Source: an uncultured bacterium | Lineage (GTDB): Bacteria > Bacteroidota > Rhodothermia > Balneolales > DATFMH01 | Assembly: GCA_963712305.1 (NCBI GenBank) | Contig: CAVQHI010000001.1 | Span: 1,077,383 to 1,141,382 of the forward strand | Direction of reading: 5' to 3' | DNA: 64,000 bases | Shown here: positions 49,457 to 58,898 of the stretch, in pieces | Position numbering within the stretch: the stretch's first letter is position 1 | How the letters are laid out: each line of letters opens with the position of its first letter | Notes under the pieces: model-generated | Databases searched by the model: none | The model's input: only the letters and a program-made list of their open reading frames with translations | Told to the model about the DNA's origin: nothing | Made by a program: the position numbers and the translations under genes

Positions 49457-50821
49457 TTATTGCGGATGTATAGAAATACCCACTAATAAAATGCTCGTCG
49501 ACAATTCATTTTGTACTTCAGTTCCGGGAACGGTTGTGATCGGGCTCATTGGACTCATCCATGTGCCTTTCACTTTGTTCTTGAATCCATATTGAAAACC
49601 AAGGGTACCAGTAAGCATTCGGCTGAGCTGATATGAAAATCCTGCGCCGAGGTGGTGTTGTACAATTGCCGGAGCAGCAACATTGTAAAACGAGTCCATT
49701 TGTCGAACAGGATTTGTGTTATATGCATAACCCAGCCTGACAGGTAACTTGTCTGTAACTTTATACTGAATACCTGCTGCCAGAATACTAATGCTTCTCC
49801 ATCCGAAACCGGCAACCGCGCCCGTCGAGGTAAAACCGGATTCTTTAAAGCCACGGGTATGACCATAGTCCACATACCTGTAATCAACAGCGAGTACGAG
49901 TCGATCAGTACCGGTATAACCTGCTCCTACTGTTATCATTTGAGGGCAATCCATCTTGAAACTGAAATCGCGCGCAGCGCCTGTTTCATCTTTCGACTTG
50001 AATTTCAGGCGATTAAAACGCTGTGTGCTGCGATATCCAACTCCCATGTGGAATCCAGGGAGAATGTCGTGCAGCATAGCACCGGCGTTGAATCCAAAGC
50101 CAAAAGCTGAAGCAGTTGGTCCGTTCGGATACGACGGATACCCATTCCCGTTTGCATCATCAGGATTAGCGGCCGGAAAAGGATTGACTTCCAGACTTGA
50201 GAGATTGAACAACGGAGCCAAACCAAATGATACATGATCTCCAACCTTATACGCTACGGTTGGTGCTACCTGGATCATCATCAGCTGACTGCTAATCGCT
50301 CCAAATCCCATACCATTTGGAGGCTGGGGTGTGGTCAGCGGGTTGGTTGCAACACTTTTATAATCAACACCAAAACCGCCTATAGCACAAACGCTTAGCC
50401 CATAACTCAGATCCGAGTTTTGGGGCTTAAAAACGAGTCCCAACGATGGAATAGGAAATGGACCAGCTGTGCTCTTTGTTGTTCCATATAACCGTTGCTG
50501 CGGGAATCCGGGTTGTAATGCACCGGGTTCAACCCCTGAGATAAGGTTTGTTTTTGGAAACATAAGTTGCAAGCTGGCATCGAACTGAGATGATGTCAGC
50601 CATGCGATACCTGACGGGTTCCAGTGCATGGCGCTGCTGGCATCAAGCGGTACGGCTGATCCAGCTCCGCCCATGGCCTCGTCAACTGCTGAAACACCGT
50701 TCATCACATGACCCGATTGAGCAAAAACCACGCCCTGAATGGACAACGAGAATAGCAAAATCAGTAATGGCTTGAATAGTCCTTTATAATTATTCTTTGA
50801 TTTTCGTATTAACTCCTTCAT
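49457..50821 (-). CDS. FadL/OMPP1/TodX family outer-membrane transport protein
   Basis: Signal peptide ...IQGVVFA-Q, the N-terminal hatch region GGAGSAVPLDASSAMHWNPSGIAWL, and beta-barrel strand periodicity. Confidence 0.8.
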   Translation of the reverse strand: MKELIRKSKNNYKGLFKPLLILLFSLSIQGVVFAQSGHVMNGVSAVDEAMGGAGSAVPLDASSAMHWNPSGIAWLTSSQFDASLQLMFPKTNLISGVEPGALQPGFPQQRLYGTTKSTAGPFPIPSLGLVFKPQNSDLSYGLSVCAIGGFGVDYKSVATNPLTTPQPPNGMGFGAISSQLMMIQVAPTVAYKVGDHVSFGLAPLFNLSSLEVNPFPAANPDDANGNGYPSYPNGPTASAFGFGFNAGAMLHDILPGFHMGVGYRSTQRFNRLKFKSKDETGAARDFSFKMDCPQMITVGAGYTGTDRLVLAVDYRYVDYGHTRGFKESGFTSTGAVAGFGWRSISILAAGIQYKVTDKLPVRLGYAYNTNPVRQMDSFYNVAAPAIVQHHLGAGFSYQLSRMLTGTLGFQYGFKNKVKGTWMSPMSPITTVPGTEVQNELSTSILLVGISIHPQ

Positions 50822-51117
50822 ATAACCCTCTTTCTTTTACTTTTTGTGGTTTACCAACCTTCTTTATAAGTCGTTTAGATTGATAATTGAAGTATTGGCA
50901 TAAAAATTTAAGACAATGAACTCTTAAATTATTGCCTAATGATTCGACGATGTTTCTTCATTTTGAAGGTTGCTCATCTCTAAGTCAGCAACGTACTTCT
51001 CCTCTGTCATCTCATCATTACACGGCAGGAATTGACCTGCCGTCAACGAAGGCAGGTCAATGTCAAACAATCATGTATTTAAAAGAACACCTTAACCTAA
51101 AGGCTCAGGGAGCATTT

Positions 51118-51630
51118 TTATGTGAAGATAATCTGCGCTCCGGCCGATTTCTCATAAAACTGTCCCACGGAAATGATATCGTGCACCTGGGGACAGAAGT
51201 CGTCTTTGGTTAAGTGGAACATATCGACGGTGGCCTTGCACGCATAGAGCTCGGCACCGGTATCGTGTATCATTTCAATAAACTCTCGAACCGGAGGAAT
51301 ATCGAGCTTTTCCATTTCTTTTTTCATCTTGCCCGTTGCAAATGACGACATGCCCGGGATACCACCTAATAAAGTCGGGATATGCATGGCAGGATTCCCA
51401 ACTGTTGCAACCTTGAGACTGTCCATTCGCTTATCAATAACAGCCTCGAGTCCGAAGAACGTAAAAAATATCGATGCTTCGATACCCTCCATACGGGCGC
51501 CATTAGCCATAATCAGACCGGGATATACACCTTCAAACGATCCTTTAGAAATAATAATCGATACTCTTTCTATCGGCTCAGGCTTTTCCTGCTTTTGTAA
51601 CTTCTCTACTGTCTTTGCTTCCATAATCAT
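51118..51630 (-). CDS. DsrE/DsrF/DrsH-like family protein
   Basis: IIISKGSFEGVYPGLIMANGA...FFTFFGL...LYACKATVDMF matches the COG2210-type DsrE-like pattern. Confidence 0.7.
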   Translation of the reverse strand: MIMEAKTVEKLQKQEKPEPIERVSIIISKGSFEGVYPGLIMANGARMEGIEASIFFTFFGLEAVIDKRMDSLKVATVGNPAMHIPTLLGGIPGMSSFATGKMKKEMEKLDIPPVREFIEMIHDTGAELYACKATVDMFHLTKDDFCPQVHDIISVGQFYEKSAGAQIIFT

Positions 51631-51643
51631 ACTCCAAGATTAA

Positions 51644-51961
51644 TCAGATGCATCCTGTTGGTTTTGGGATACCCGCTATGCGAGCCGCTTTCTTAGCCGG
51701 TCCCTTTGGAAACAATTCATACAATTCCTTTATAGGAACACCACTCTCTTTGGTCAGGCGACGGATTGACGGAGCATCCCCTTTTTCCAGGTATTCCTTA
51801 CGCATGAGGTTCACTACAGCCCAATGGCGATCCGTTAGATCACCAATTCCTTCTTCATGGGCCAATTCCCGTGCAATGTCCTCGGACCAGTCTGAAGGAT
51901 CCTTGAGGTAACCATCATCATCCAGTTCGATCTTTTTTCCCAATAATTCAACTGTCGACAT
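51644..51961 (-). CDS. TusE/DsrC/DsvC family sulfur-relay protein
   Basis: GGAG lies upstream of the ATG at 51961. The sequence includes HWAVVNLMRKEY and the C-terminal arm ...PKPTGCI, which has a single penultimate Cys. Confidence 0.8.
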   Translation of the reverse strand: MSTVELLGKKIELDDDGYLKDPSDWSEDIARELAHEEGIGDLTDRHWAVVNLMRKEYLEKGDAPSIRRLTKESGVPIKELYELFPKGPAKKAARIAGIPKPTGCI

Positions 51962-51989
51962 AATTAACTCCTTAAATTGATCGATTTTC

Positions 51990-52658
51990 TTAATCCCGGG
52001 AAGCTGGGTTTGCATGAGCTTCCGGTTGGCGCATCACAGCCTTTAATATAAGAAAAATGAGGGCAATCGCCCTTTTTACTTCCGGAGATCGTAGTTCTTT
52101 GAACAGACTGCGAAGACTTACCTCCTCTTTGTCAAACTGAGACCAGTCAGTAATCCGGATATTGTCGAGAACAATCGAAAGCCTTTTCCCTGCTGCATGA
52201 ACCTCCTGCTCATCAACAGTTTGCAAAATTGCACTAAGTTCTTCTGAGCTTGAACGCAGAAGGGTAAAATATCCCTTACAATCCCATTCATTGAGTTGAG
52301 CAGTCAGATCGATGATAATCTGGCGCAGTATGGGTGAAGTATCTTCCAGAAAAGCCATACCACTTTCCATTTGCAGAACCACTTTGTTGATATTTCGCAG
52401 GTTCCGTGCCAAGTTCCATACCAATTGCTGCAGCTCGTCACCATTGATGACATCCGAATACTCTGCAAGTCCGTTCACAGCAGCTTTATATGCATCGTTG
52501 CCAACCCGCAAGAGGTCGGCCTCAAGATCCTCACGCGCCACACGCTTCTCTCGCTGATACTCCAATTCTTCCAGGATACGATCCATCTTAGTATTCAACA
52601 CATCAATCTGTCGCTGAATGCTATCGACAGGCAACTCGAGTAACTCGTGATCTTTCAT
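51990..52658 (-). CDS. DUF1641 domain protein
   Basis: The C-terminal SLRSLFKELRSPEVKRAIALIFLILKAV resembles DUF1641. There is an ATGA overlap with the upstream oxidoreductase gene. Confidence 0.6.
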   Translation of the reverse strand: MKDHELLELPVDSIQRQIDVLNTKMDRILEELEYQREKRVAREDLEADLLRVGNDAYKAAVNGLAEYSDVINGDELQQLVWNLARNLRNINKVVLQMESGMAFLEDTSPILRQIIIDLTAQLNEWDCKGYFTLLRSSSEELSAILQTVDEQEVHAAGKRLSIVLDNIRITDWSQFDKEEVSLRSLFKELRSPEVKRAIALIFLILKAVMRQPEAHANPASRD

Positions 52659-53890
52659 AGCACCATCCTCTTCCCTGCCATAGACATATGCGATTCTATC
52701 GGGAGCTCTTTACCCTTAAGTAAAGCATGCCAGTAAACCCAGCGAAACATGAGCTTACCATAGTGGTTCATTTTTGTTTCTTCCAACAGGCTGAATGGTC
52801 CAACACCGGGCATTGGAAATTGGCCTGGAAGGGGCTCGGTATCGTAGTTGAAATCGATCAGGATACCATTTCCAAATCCCGACTCGATGAAACAGTTGGC
52901 ATGGCCGTCGAATTTTGCCGTCATCTCGCGGCCTTCGATGGCATTCATGAAATTCTCTGTGAGAATATCGGCCTCAAAATGGACCACGGATCCGGCTTTT
53001 GAAGTGGGAAGGCTGGCAGCGTCGCCAATCACAAATACATTTTCGAATTTTTCGGAACGCAGGGTATATTTATCAGTCGGAACGAAATTTAATTCATCCC
53101 CCATATTGCTGCGAGCTATTGCCTCATCCCCCATATTGGTTGGAATCGTGACGAGAACATCGAACGGTACTTCCCGATCATCCCAGGAAACAAGCTTTTT
53201 TTCTTCGTTATCTACTCTGCCGGTGTTAAAATCACTGGTCAGATGAATGCGTTTTCGATCGAGAAAATCACCGAGAACCTTCGATGCAACGGGTTTGGTA
53301 AATGCCCCTGGCAAGGGGGTCACGTAATGAATTTCCACCTTGTCACGCATTCCCCGCTCCGTAAAAAACCAATCAGCCAGGAACAAAAATTCCAATGGAG
53401 CGACCGGACATTTGATGGGCATCTCCACCACATTTACCACAAGTTTTCCGCCTTGCCAATGTCTAAAGAAGTCAGCCAAAGCTGTCGCCCCTTCGACAGT
53501 ATAAAAATCGAATATAGACTTATGCCACAGATCACCCATCAATCCTTCAGTTTCTTCAGGATGAACCTGAGTTCCCGTTGCTACAATCAGGTAATCATAG
53601 TCGAGGACCTGTCCATTCATCAAAAGGACGCGGTTCTTTTCAGGCTCGATGTGGTCTATTTTGGAAATGATGGAACGCGTACCTGGAGGGAAAAAATCTC
53701 GTTTGGGTTTAACCACATCGCGTCGGGTATAAATACCAAAGGGAATAAACAGGAAACCGGGTTGATAATAATGCGTCTCGTGCTGATCAACAATCGTTAT
53801 CTGCCACTTCTGCTTATCGAGCAACTCGCTAAGTTTGTTCAACATGATGGTGCCTCCGGTTCCGGCACCTAATATTACCAGCTTTCTCAT
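52655..53890 (-). CDS. NAD(P)/FAD-dependent oxidoreductase, sulfide:quinone oxidoreductase-like
   Basis: KLVILGAGTGGT dinucleotide-binding motif, YYQPGFLF, LIVATG, VFVIGDAA. This architecture is typical of SQR-related flavoproteins. Confidence 0.75.
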   Translation of the reverse strand: MRKLVILGAGTGGTIMLNKLSELLDKQKWQITIVDQHETHYYQPGFLFIPFGIYTRRDVVKPKRDFFPPGTRSIISKIDHIEPEKNRVLLMNGQVLDYDYLIVATGTQVHPEETEGLMGDLWHKSIFDFYTVEGATALADFFRHWQGGKLVVNVVEMPIKCPVAPLEFLFLADWFFTERGMRDKVEIHYVTPLPGAFTKPVASKVLGDFLDRKRIHLTSDFNTGRVDNEEKKLVSWDDREVPFDVLVTIPTNMGDEAIARSNMGDELNFVPTDKYTLRSEKFENVFVIGDAASLPTSKAGSVVHFEADILTENFMNAIEGREMTAKFDGHANCFIESGFGNGILIDFNYDTEPLPGQFPMPGVGPFSLLEETKMNHYGKLMFRWVYWHALLKGKELPIESHMSMAGKRMVL

Positions 53891-54253
53891 TGCGGGCCTC
53901 CGTTGTATGAGCTGGAATCAAATAGATTTGCACCTTTTCATCCGAAGATTTAAGCCTTCAGACGATCCATGGTATCAGTATATAGATATTCTTGACTAGA
54001 CAGTGACTACAATATTACTGTATGGTTATACTTTCTCCTATATTTTAAGAGTTGAATATCTTAAATACAAACTTTTCGATATACATTTTTTGTCTATTTC
54101 CAATTAGATAAAGACAAAAGAAACGACTGCTGAAAACTAATTTGAGAATTACAAAAAAAATGCTTCTATCCCCCGTTCGGATGGAATCTACATCCCATAT
54201 TTTCTGTTAGGTTTTTTGACTCGCTAAAACATTGGCAGACATAGAAAAAAGAA

Positions 54254-55540
54254 ATGTCGAAAATAAAAGACGGGAAAATCGGACTTTGGTCTATCGTATC
54301 TATTGGAATTGGTGGTATGGTTGGCGGTGGAATATTTGCCGTTTTGGGACTTGCTGTCCAGTTGGCCCATGGTGGTACAGAGATCGCATTTTTTATAGCG
54401 GGTATGGTTGCTTTATTAACAACCTACTCCTATTCAAAACTGGCGGTACATATTCCCAGCCAGGGAGGAACTGTAAAATTTCTGGACAAAGCATTCGGCA
54501 TAGACCTCTTCACCGGTGGGATTAACAGCCTTCTGTGGATTAGCTATGTGGTTATGTTGTCACTATATGCATATGCATTTGGCAGTTACGGCGCCACATT
54601 CTTTGGATCCCAAAGCGGTTGGGTCAAACATATCATTATCAGTCTGGGGATTATCATTCCGATGATATTGAACATGTTGTCTGCAAATATCATCGGAAAA
54701 GCGGAAACGTACATTGTAGGCATCAAGGTTACCATCCTTCTGCTCTTTGTTGCTGTCGGGATCTTCGGAGTCGATACCGCTAACCTCGCTCCTTCAGCAT
54801 GGACTCCTCCCATTCACCTTGTTGCCGGAGGCATGATTATTTTCCTGGCGTACGAGGGATTTGAACTCATCGCAAATACTGCAGAAGATGCCAGAGATTA
54901 CAAGAAGACGCTTCCGCGTGCTTTCTTCATATCAGTCGGATTTGTGATCGTTATATATATACTTGTCGCCGTTGTATCGGTTGGATCACTGCCAGTGCAA
55001 AAGATTGTCGATGCCAAAGATTATGCTCTTGCTGCAGCGGCTAGACCTTTTTTCGGTCACGCCGGCTTTATCATGATTTCCATTGCTGCTGTGCTCTCTA
55101 CGTTTTCGGCTATCAACGCCACGATGTACGGGTCGGCACGACTCAGCTTCACCATTGCCAAAGAAGGTGAGCTGCCCGAATTTCTCGAAGATAAAGTCTG
55201 GAACAAACCCATTGAAGGATTATTGATCACCTCCGGTTTGACATTGTTACTTGCCAATCTTGCGGATTTGTCAAGCATATCGATGATGGGAAGTGCCGGT
55301 TTCCTAATTATTTTCGGCACTGTCAACGCTGCAAATGTTAAGCTGGCTAAAAAGACCGAAAGCCGGTCATGGATATCGGTCATCGGGATAATTGCCTGTG
55401 CACTCGCCCTGTTGGCTCTCATATGGCAGACAGCCACTACCAATCCTTCGCACCTATGGGTCTTAGCCGGCATGCTTGCACTGTCCTTCGGCATAGAACT
55501 TATCTATCGTCAGTACCGTAAGCACGAAATTAAACTTTAG
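54254..55540 (+). CDS. APC family amino acid permease
   Basis: 12-TM protein with an N-terminal GIGGMVGGGIF(A)VLG motif. Confidence 0.8.
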   Translation: MSKIKDGKIGLWSIVSIGIGGMVGGGIFAVLGLAVQLAHGGTEIAFFIAGMVALLTTYSYSKLAVHIPSQGGTVKFLDKAFGIDLFTGGINSLLWISYVVMLSLYAYAFGSYGATFFGSQSGWVKHIIISLGIIIPMILNMLSANIIGKAETYIVGIKVTILLLFVAVGIFGVDTANLAPSAWTPPIHLVAGGMIIFLAYEGFELIANTAEDARDYKKTLPRAFFISVGFVIVIYILVAVVSVGSLPVQKIVDAKDYALAAAARPFFGHAGFIMISIAAVLSTFSAINATMYGSARLSFTIAKEGELPEFLEDKVWNKPIEGLLITSGLTLLLANLADLSSISMMGSAGFLIIFGTVNAANVKLAKKTESRSWISVIGIIACALALLALIWQTATTNPSHLWVLAGMLALSFGIELIYRQYRKHEIKL

Positions 55541-55617
55541 TTTACCATTTGCAGGCTTTGACAAAACATTTTGCCCCCTTGATCCGTTTGACAGCCATCC
55601 GCTAACGAACAGAGCAT

Positions 55618-56646
55618 GTGCCTGTGACACGACCGCTACAAATTTGCATCATTGTCAGTTGTCTTGTTCTCCTTGAATGTTCATGCATTTATGGGCAGAA
55701 CTCCAAAACCGGTCGGTATTACTATATCGGTGCTGTCGGAAATAAACCGGCCCAGATGGATGTGACTTTTGACGGCGATCAAATCAGTGGTCATCTTTAT
55801 TTCGTTAACGGCAGCTCGCCACTTAAAGTTGATGGATCGATCGGGAAGAACAATCACATCAAGATCGTCACAAAGGGTCCCCGGGAAATGTCAGGTAACA
55901 TGAAAGGGAAGACGGCCAGGGATCATGTCGAAATCAATGGAGAGTGGGATCCCCTGATTTCTAACAGAGATCAAAAATTTCACTTTATTAAAGTTGCGGA
56001 ATACCTGAAATCCAACATCCAGCAAGGTACGCTCATATCCCTTTCAGCCATCTATCCGTACTTTATCTTTAATAATCGTACCGGCCATCAAATTAATGCT
56101 AAACTACAGGACAGCGTTCTCGACCGTCAGCGCATATTTTTGAAAGACGGTCAGCAAATGAACAGTAATGGATCGAAAACCTCTGTCGGCTGGGAACAAA
56201 AAATCACGTATGAGATAACATATTTTTCTACTGATTTAATTAGCATTGCAGGCAATATCTACCTTTACACGGGCGGAGCACATGGTATGACTAACCCGCT
56301 GACAAACAACTTTTACGTTAATAGAGGACACGTCCGGCAACTTCAACTGGGTGATCTTTTTCGTCCCGGATCTACATATGAAGAATATATTTCCCGGTTG
56401 TGCCTGAGCAACCTTAATAAAAAAGGAGCAACCTGGATCAAAAATGGCGAAGTGTCTCATTTAGCCGGGCCAGATCTTCGGCATTTCACTATTTCACCTC
56501 ACGGTCTGACTTTTTACTTTCCACCCTACATGGTAGGACCTTATTCAGATGGATCATTCACTGTAAACATTCCATTTGATTCTTTGAAAGATTATCTGGA
56601 CAAAGACGGCCCACTACAGGATTTACTTTCGGTACCTCGCGATTAA
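55618..56646 (+). CDS. DUF3298/DUF4163 domain protein (secreted)
   Basis: Signal peptide ...CIYG-Q. YTGGAHGM and FYFPPYMVGPYSDGSFTVNIPF are typical of DUF3298. Confidence 0.7.
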   Translation: MPVTRPLQICIIVSCLVLLECSCIYGQNSKTGRYYYIGAVGNKPAQMDVTFDGDQISGHLYFVNGSSPLKVDGSIGKNNHIKIVTKGPREMSGNMKGKTARDHVEINGEWDPLISNRDQKFHFIKVAEYLKSNIQQGTLISLSAIYPYFIFNNRTGHQINAKLQDSVLDRQRIFLKDGQQMNSNGSKTSVGWEQKITYEITYFSTDLISIAGNIYLYTGGAHGMTNPLTNNFYVNRGHVRQLQLGDLFRPGSTYEEYISRLCLSNLNKKGATWIKNGEVSHLAGPDLRHFTISPHGLTFYFPPYMVGPYSDGSFTVNIPFDSLKDYLDKDGPLQDLLSVPRD

Positions 56647-56784
56647 ATAAATATCATCGGAAATTTCGTTTTACGGATTCTGGATAGAAAAAAATGGATA
56701 CAAAATTTGTAGTTATCTCTTTCTGTTATCATCTCACCTATTTTGTATCTTTGAGCTTAAGGCAAAATCAATAAAGCCGGTTAC

Positions 56785-58284
56785 ATGTCTGACAAACCTC
56801 ATGATTATTGCGGCATCTTTGGGATATTCAATCATCCGGAAGCCGCTATCCAAACTTATTACGGTTTACATTCACTACAGCATCGTGGTCAGGAGTCAGC
56901 CGGGATCGTCGTTTCCCGATATGACGAAAACAGGGATGCACGTGTAATGCCCATGCACAGAGATTTTGGGCTCGTGCTCAATGTCTTCAACGATCGCAAG
57001 ATCCTTACTGACATGCTGAGAGGTGATTCAGCGATTGGCCATAACCGCTATTCAACAAGCGGAGCATCTGATAACCCGGCAAATATCCAGCCGTTTCGGG
57101 TCCACTATCGAAAAGGGAACCTGGCTATTGCCCATAACGGAAACCTGACTAATGCCCGGATTCTCCGTCAGAAATTTCAGGACGATGGCGTACTTTTTCA
57201 GAGTACCGCGGATACCGAACTGATCCTGCACCTGATCTCCCACAGCCGGGAAGAGAAGCAAATCGATCAGATCATGGATGCATTAAATCAGATTGAAGGT
57301 GCCTACTGTCTTGTGATCCTGACAGATGACAAGCTGGTGGCTGTTCGCGATCCAAATGGATTCCGTCCCCTCGCACTCGGCAAACAGGATGATTCATGGA
57401 TTGTTGCCAGTGAGACATGTGCATTTGACATCACGGAAACCAAATTTGTTCGCGAAATTGAACCGGGAGAAGTAGTCATCATTGACCGAAATGCCGTTGA
57501 GTCAGGCGAGGTGAATTCTTACTATCTAAGCAGAAAACCGAGTACGCCCGTCAGCCAATGCATCTTTGAATATGTTTATTTTGCACGGCCGGACAGCCGT
57601 ATCTACGGCGAGAATGTCGATAAAGTTCGCCGTAAAATCGGGAAATATCTCGCAAAGGAACATCCGATTCCGAACCTGGTAAAAACGGGGAGTGATAAAT
57701 CTCCTATCGTTATATCAGTGCCTGACTCAAGTAATACGGCTGCCATTGGATACGCAAGTGAGAGCCAGAAGATGGGCTACGATTGTAAGTTTGAGATTGG
57801 GCTGATCCGTAATCATTATGTTGGCCGTACTTTTATAGCTCCCGGCCAGAGTTCGCGTGAACAGAAAGTTCGTACGAAGTTCAACACCGTTCGCGGCGTA
57901 TTGGAAGGAAGATCAGTGATCATCGTCGATGACTCCATCGTCCGCGGTACCACATCCAAATACCTGGTAGATATGATCAGGCGGGCCAATCCTTTGGAAA
58001 TTCACTTTATGGTCAGCTCACCTCCTATCACTCATCCCTGTTTTTACGGTATGGACTTCCCGAGTCCCGATGAATTGATCGCCAACCAGTACCAGGGAGA
58101 TATTGACAGGATAGCCAAAGTGCTTGGTGTCGACAGTCTTCACTATCTATCTCCGGAAGGGCTCGTGGCTGCTGTTAAAGAAGCAAACCCGGGCAGGCAT
58201 GATTATTGTACGGCCTGCTTCACCGGCAATTACCCGGTACCTGTCATTTCGGACGTTCAAAAAGAGGAGAATGAGTTGATCTGA
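56785..58284 (+). CDS. purF: amidophosphoribosyltransferase
   Basis: N-terminal nucleophile CGIFGIF, plus HNRYSTSG, the PRPP loop VIIVDDSIVRGTT, and C-terminal Fe-S cysteines. Confidence 0.95.
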   Translation: MSDKPHDYCGIFGIFNHPEAAIQTYYGLHSLQHRGQESAGIVVSRYDENRDARVMPMHRDFGLVLNVFNDRKILTDMLRGDSAIGHNRYSTSGASDNPANIQPFRVHYRKGNLAIAHNGNLTNARILRQKFQDDGVLFQSTADTELILHLISHSREEKQIDQIMDALNQIEGAYCLVILTDDKLVAVRDPNGFRPLALGKQDDSWIVASETCAFDITETKFVREIEPGEVVIIDRNAVESGEVNSYYLSRKPSTPVSQCIFEYVYFARPDSRIYGENVDKVRRKIGKYLAKEHPIPNLVKTGSDKSPIVISVPDSSNTAAIGYASESQKMGYDCKFEIGLIRNHYVGRTFIAPGQSSREQKVRTKFNTVRGVLEGRSVIIVDDSIVRGTTSKYLVDMIRRANPLEIHFMVSSPPITHPCFYGMDFPSPDELIANQYQGDIDRIAKVLGVDSLHYLSPEGLVAAVKEANPGRHDYCTACFTGNYPVPVISDVQKEENELI

Positions 58285-58895
58285 TGAAGATCACCCAGGC
58301 CAAGTTCATAACAAGTGCAACCACGCTGGAACAATGTCCCGCTCCCGATCTGGCTGAAATATGCTTTGCCGGCAGGTCAAATGTGGGTAAGTCCTCGTTG
58401 ATCAATGCACTCTGCAACCATAAAAACCTGGCAAGAATCAGTAACCGTCCGGGCAAAACGCGTCTTCTCAATTTCTTTCTGATTAACAACGGCCTTTTTT
58501 ATCTCGTTGATCTTCCCGGGTACGGATATGCCCGGGTGTCCCAGAAAGAACGCCAGATCTGGGATCGTAATATTCAACAGTATCTGCTCGAACGATCGTC
58601 ATTATCCCTTATTATTCAGCTCGTTGACAGTCGTCACGAGCCGACAGATTTGGATAAAGACCTCTTTTTCTGGATGGCATCGAATCAGCTTCCTTTCGCC
58701 ATTGTGCTGACCAAAGCTGATAAGCTGTCCAAAAACAAACAACAAAAGAGCCTCGCATTAGTCAGACGAGAAGTACAGGAAATGAATATTGAAGTACCCC
58801 TGTTACTGACTTCCTCTGAAACCAAACAAGGTCTGGACGAATTGTCCGAGCTTATTCACGAATTCACCAACATCGAACACCCTCAAAAACCATAA
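58284..58895 (+). CDS. engB: ribosome biogenesis GTP-binding protein YsxC/EngB
   Basis: GRSNVGKSSLINAL (G1), DLPGYGYA (G3), LTKADK (G4). The start overlaps the purF stop by 1 nt (TGATG). Confidence 0.9.
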   Translation: MKITQAKFITSATTLEQCPAPDLAEICFAGRSNVGKSSLINALCNHKNLARISNRPGKTRLLNFFLINNGLFYLVDLPGYGYARVSQKERQIWDRNIQQYLLERSSLSLIIQLVDSRHEPTDLDKDLFFWMASNQLPFAIVLTKADKLSKNKQQKSLALVRREVQEMNIEVPLLLTSSETKQGLDELSELIHEFTNIEHPQKP

Positions 58896-58898
58896 ATT

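Noticed and set aside
53243-53872. 209-aa plus-strand ORF
   Set aside because: It is antisense to the SQR-like flavoprotein gene, whose motifs are clear.
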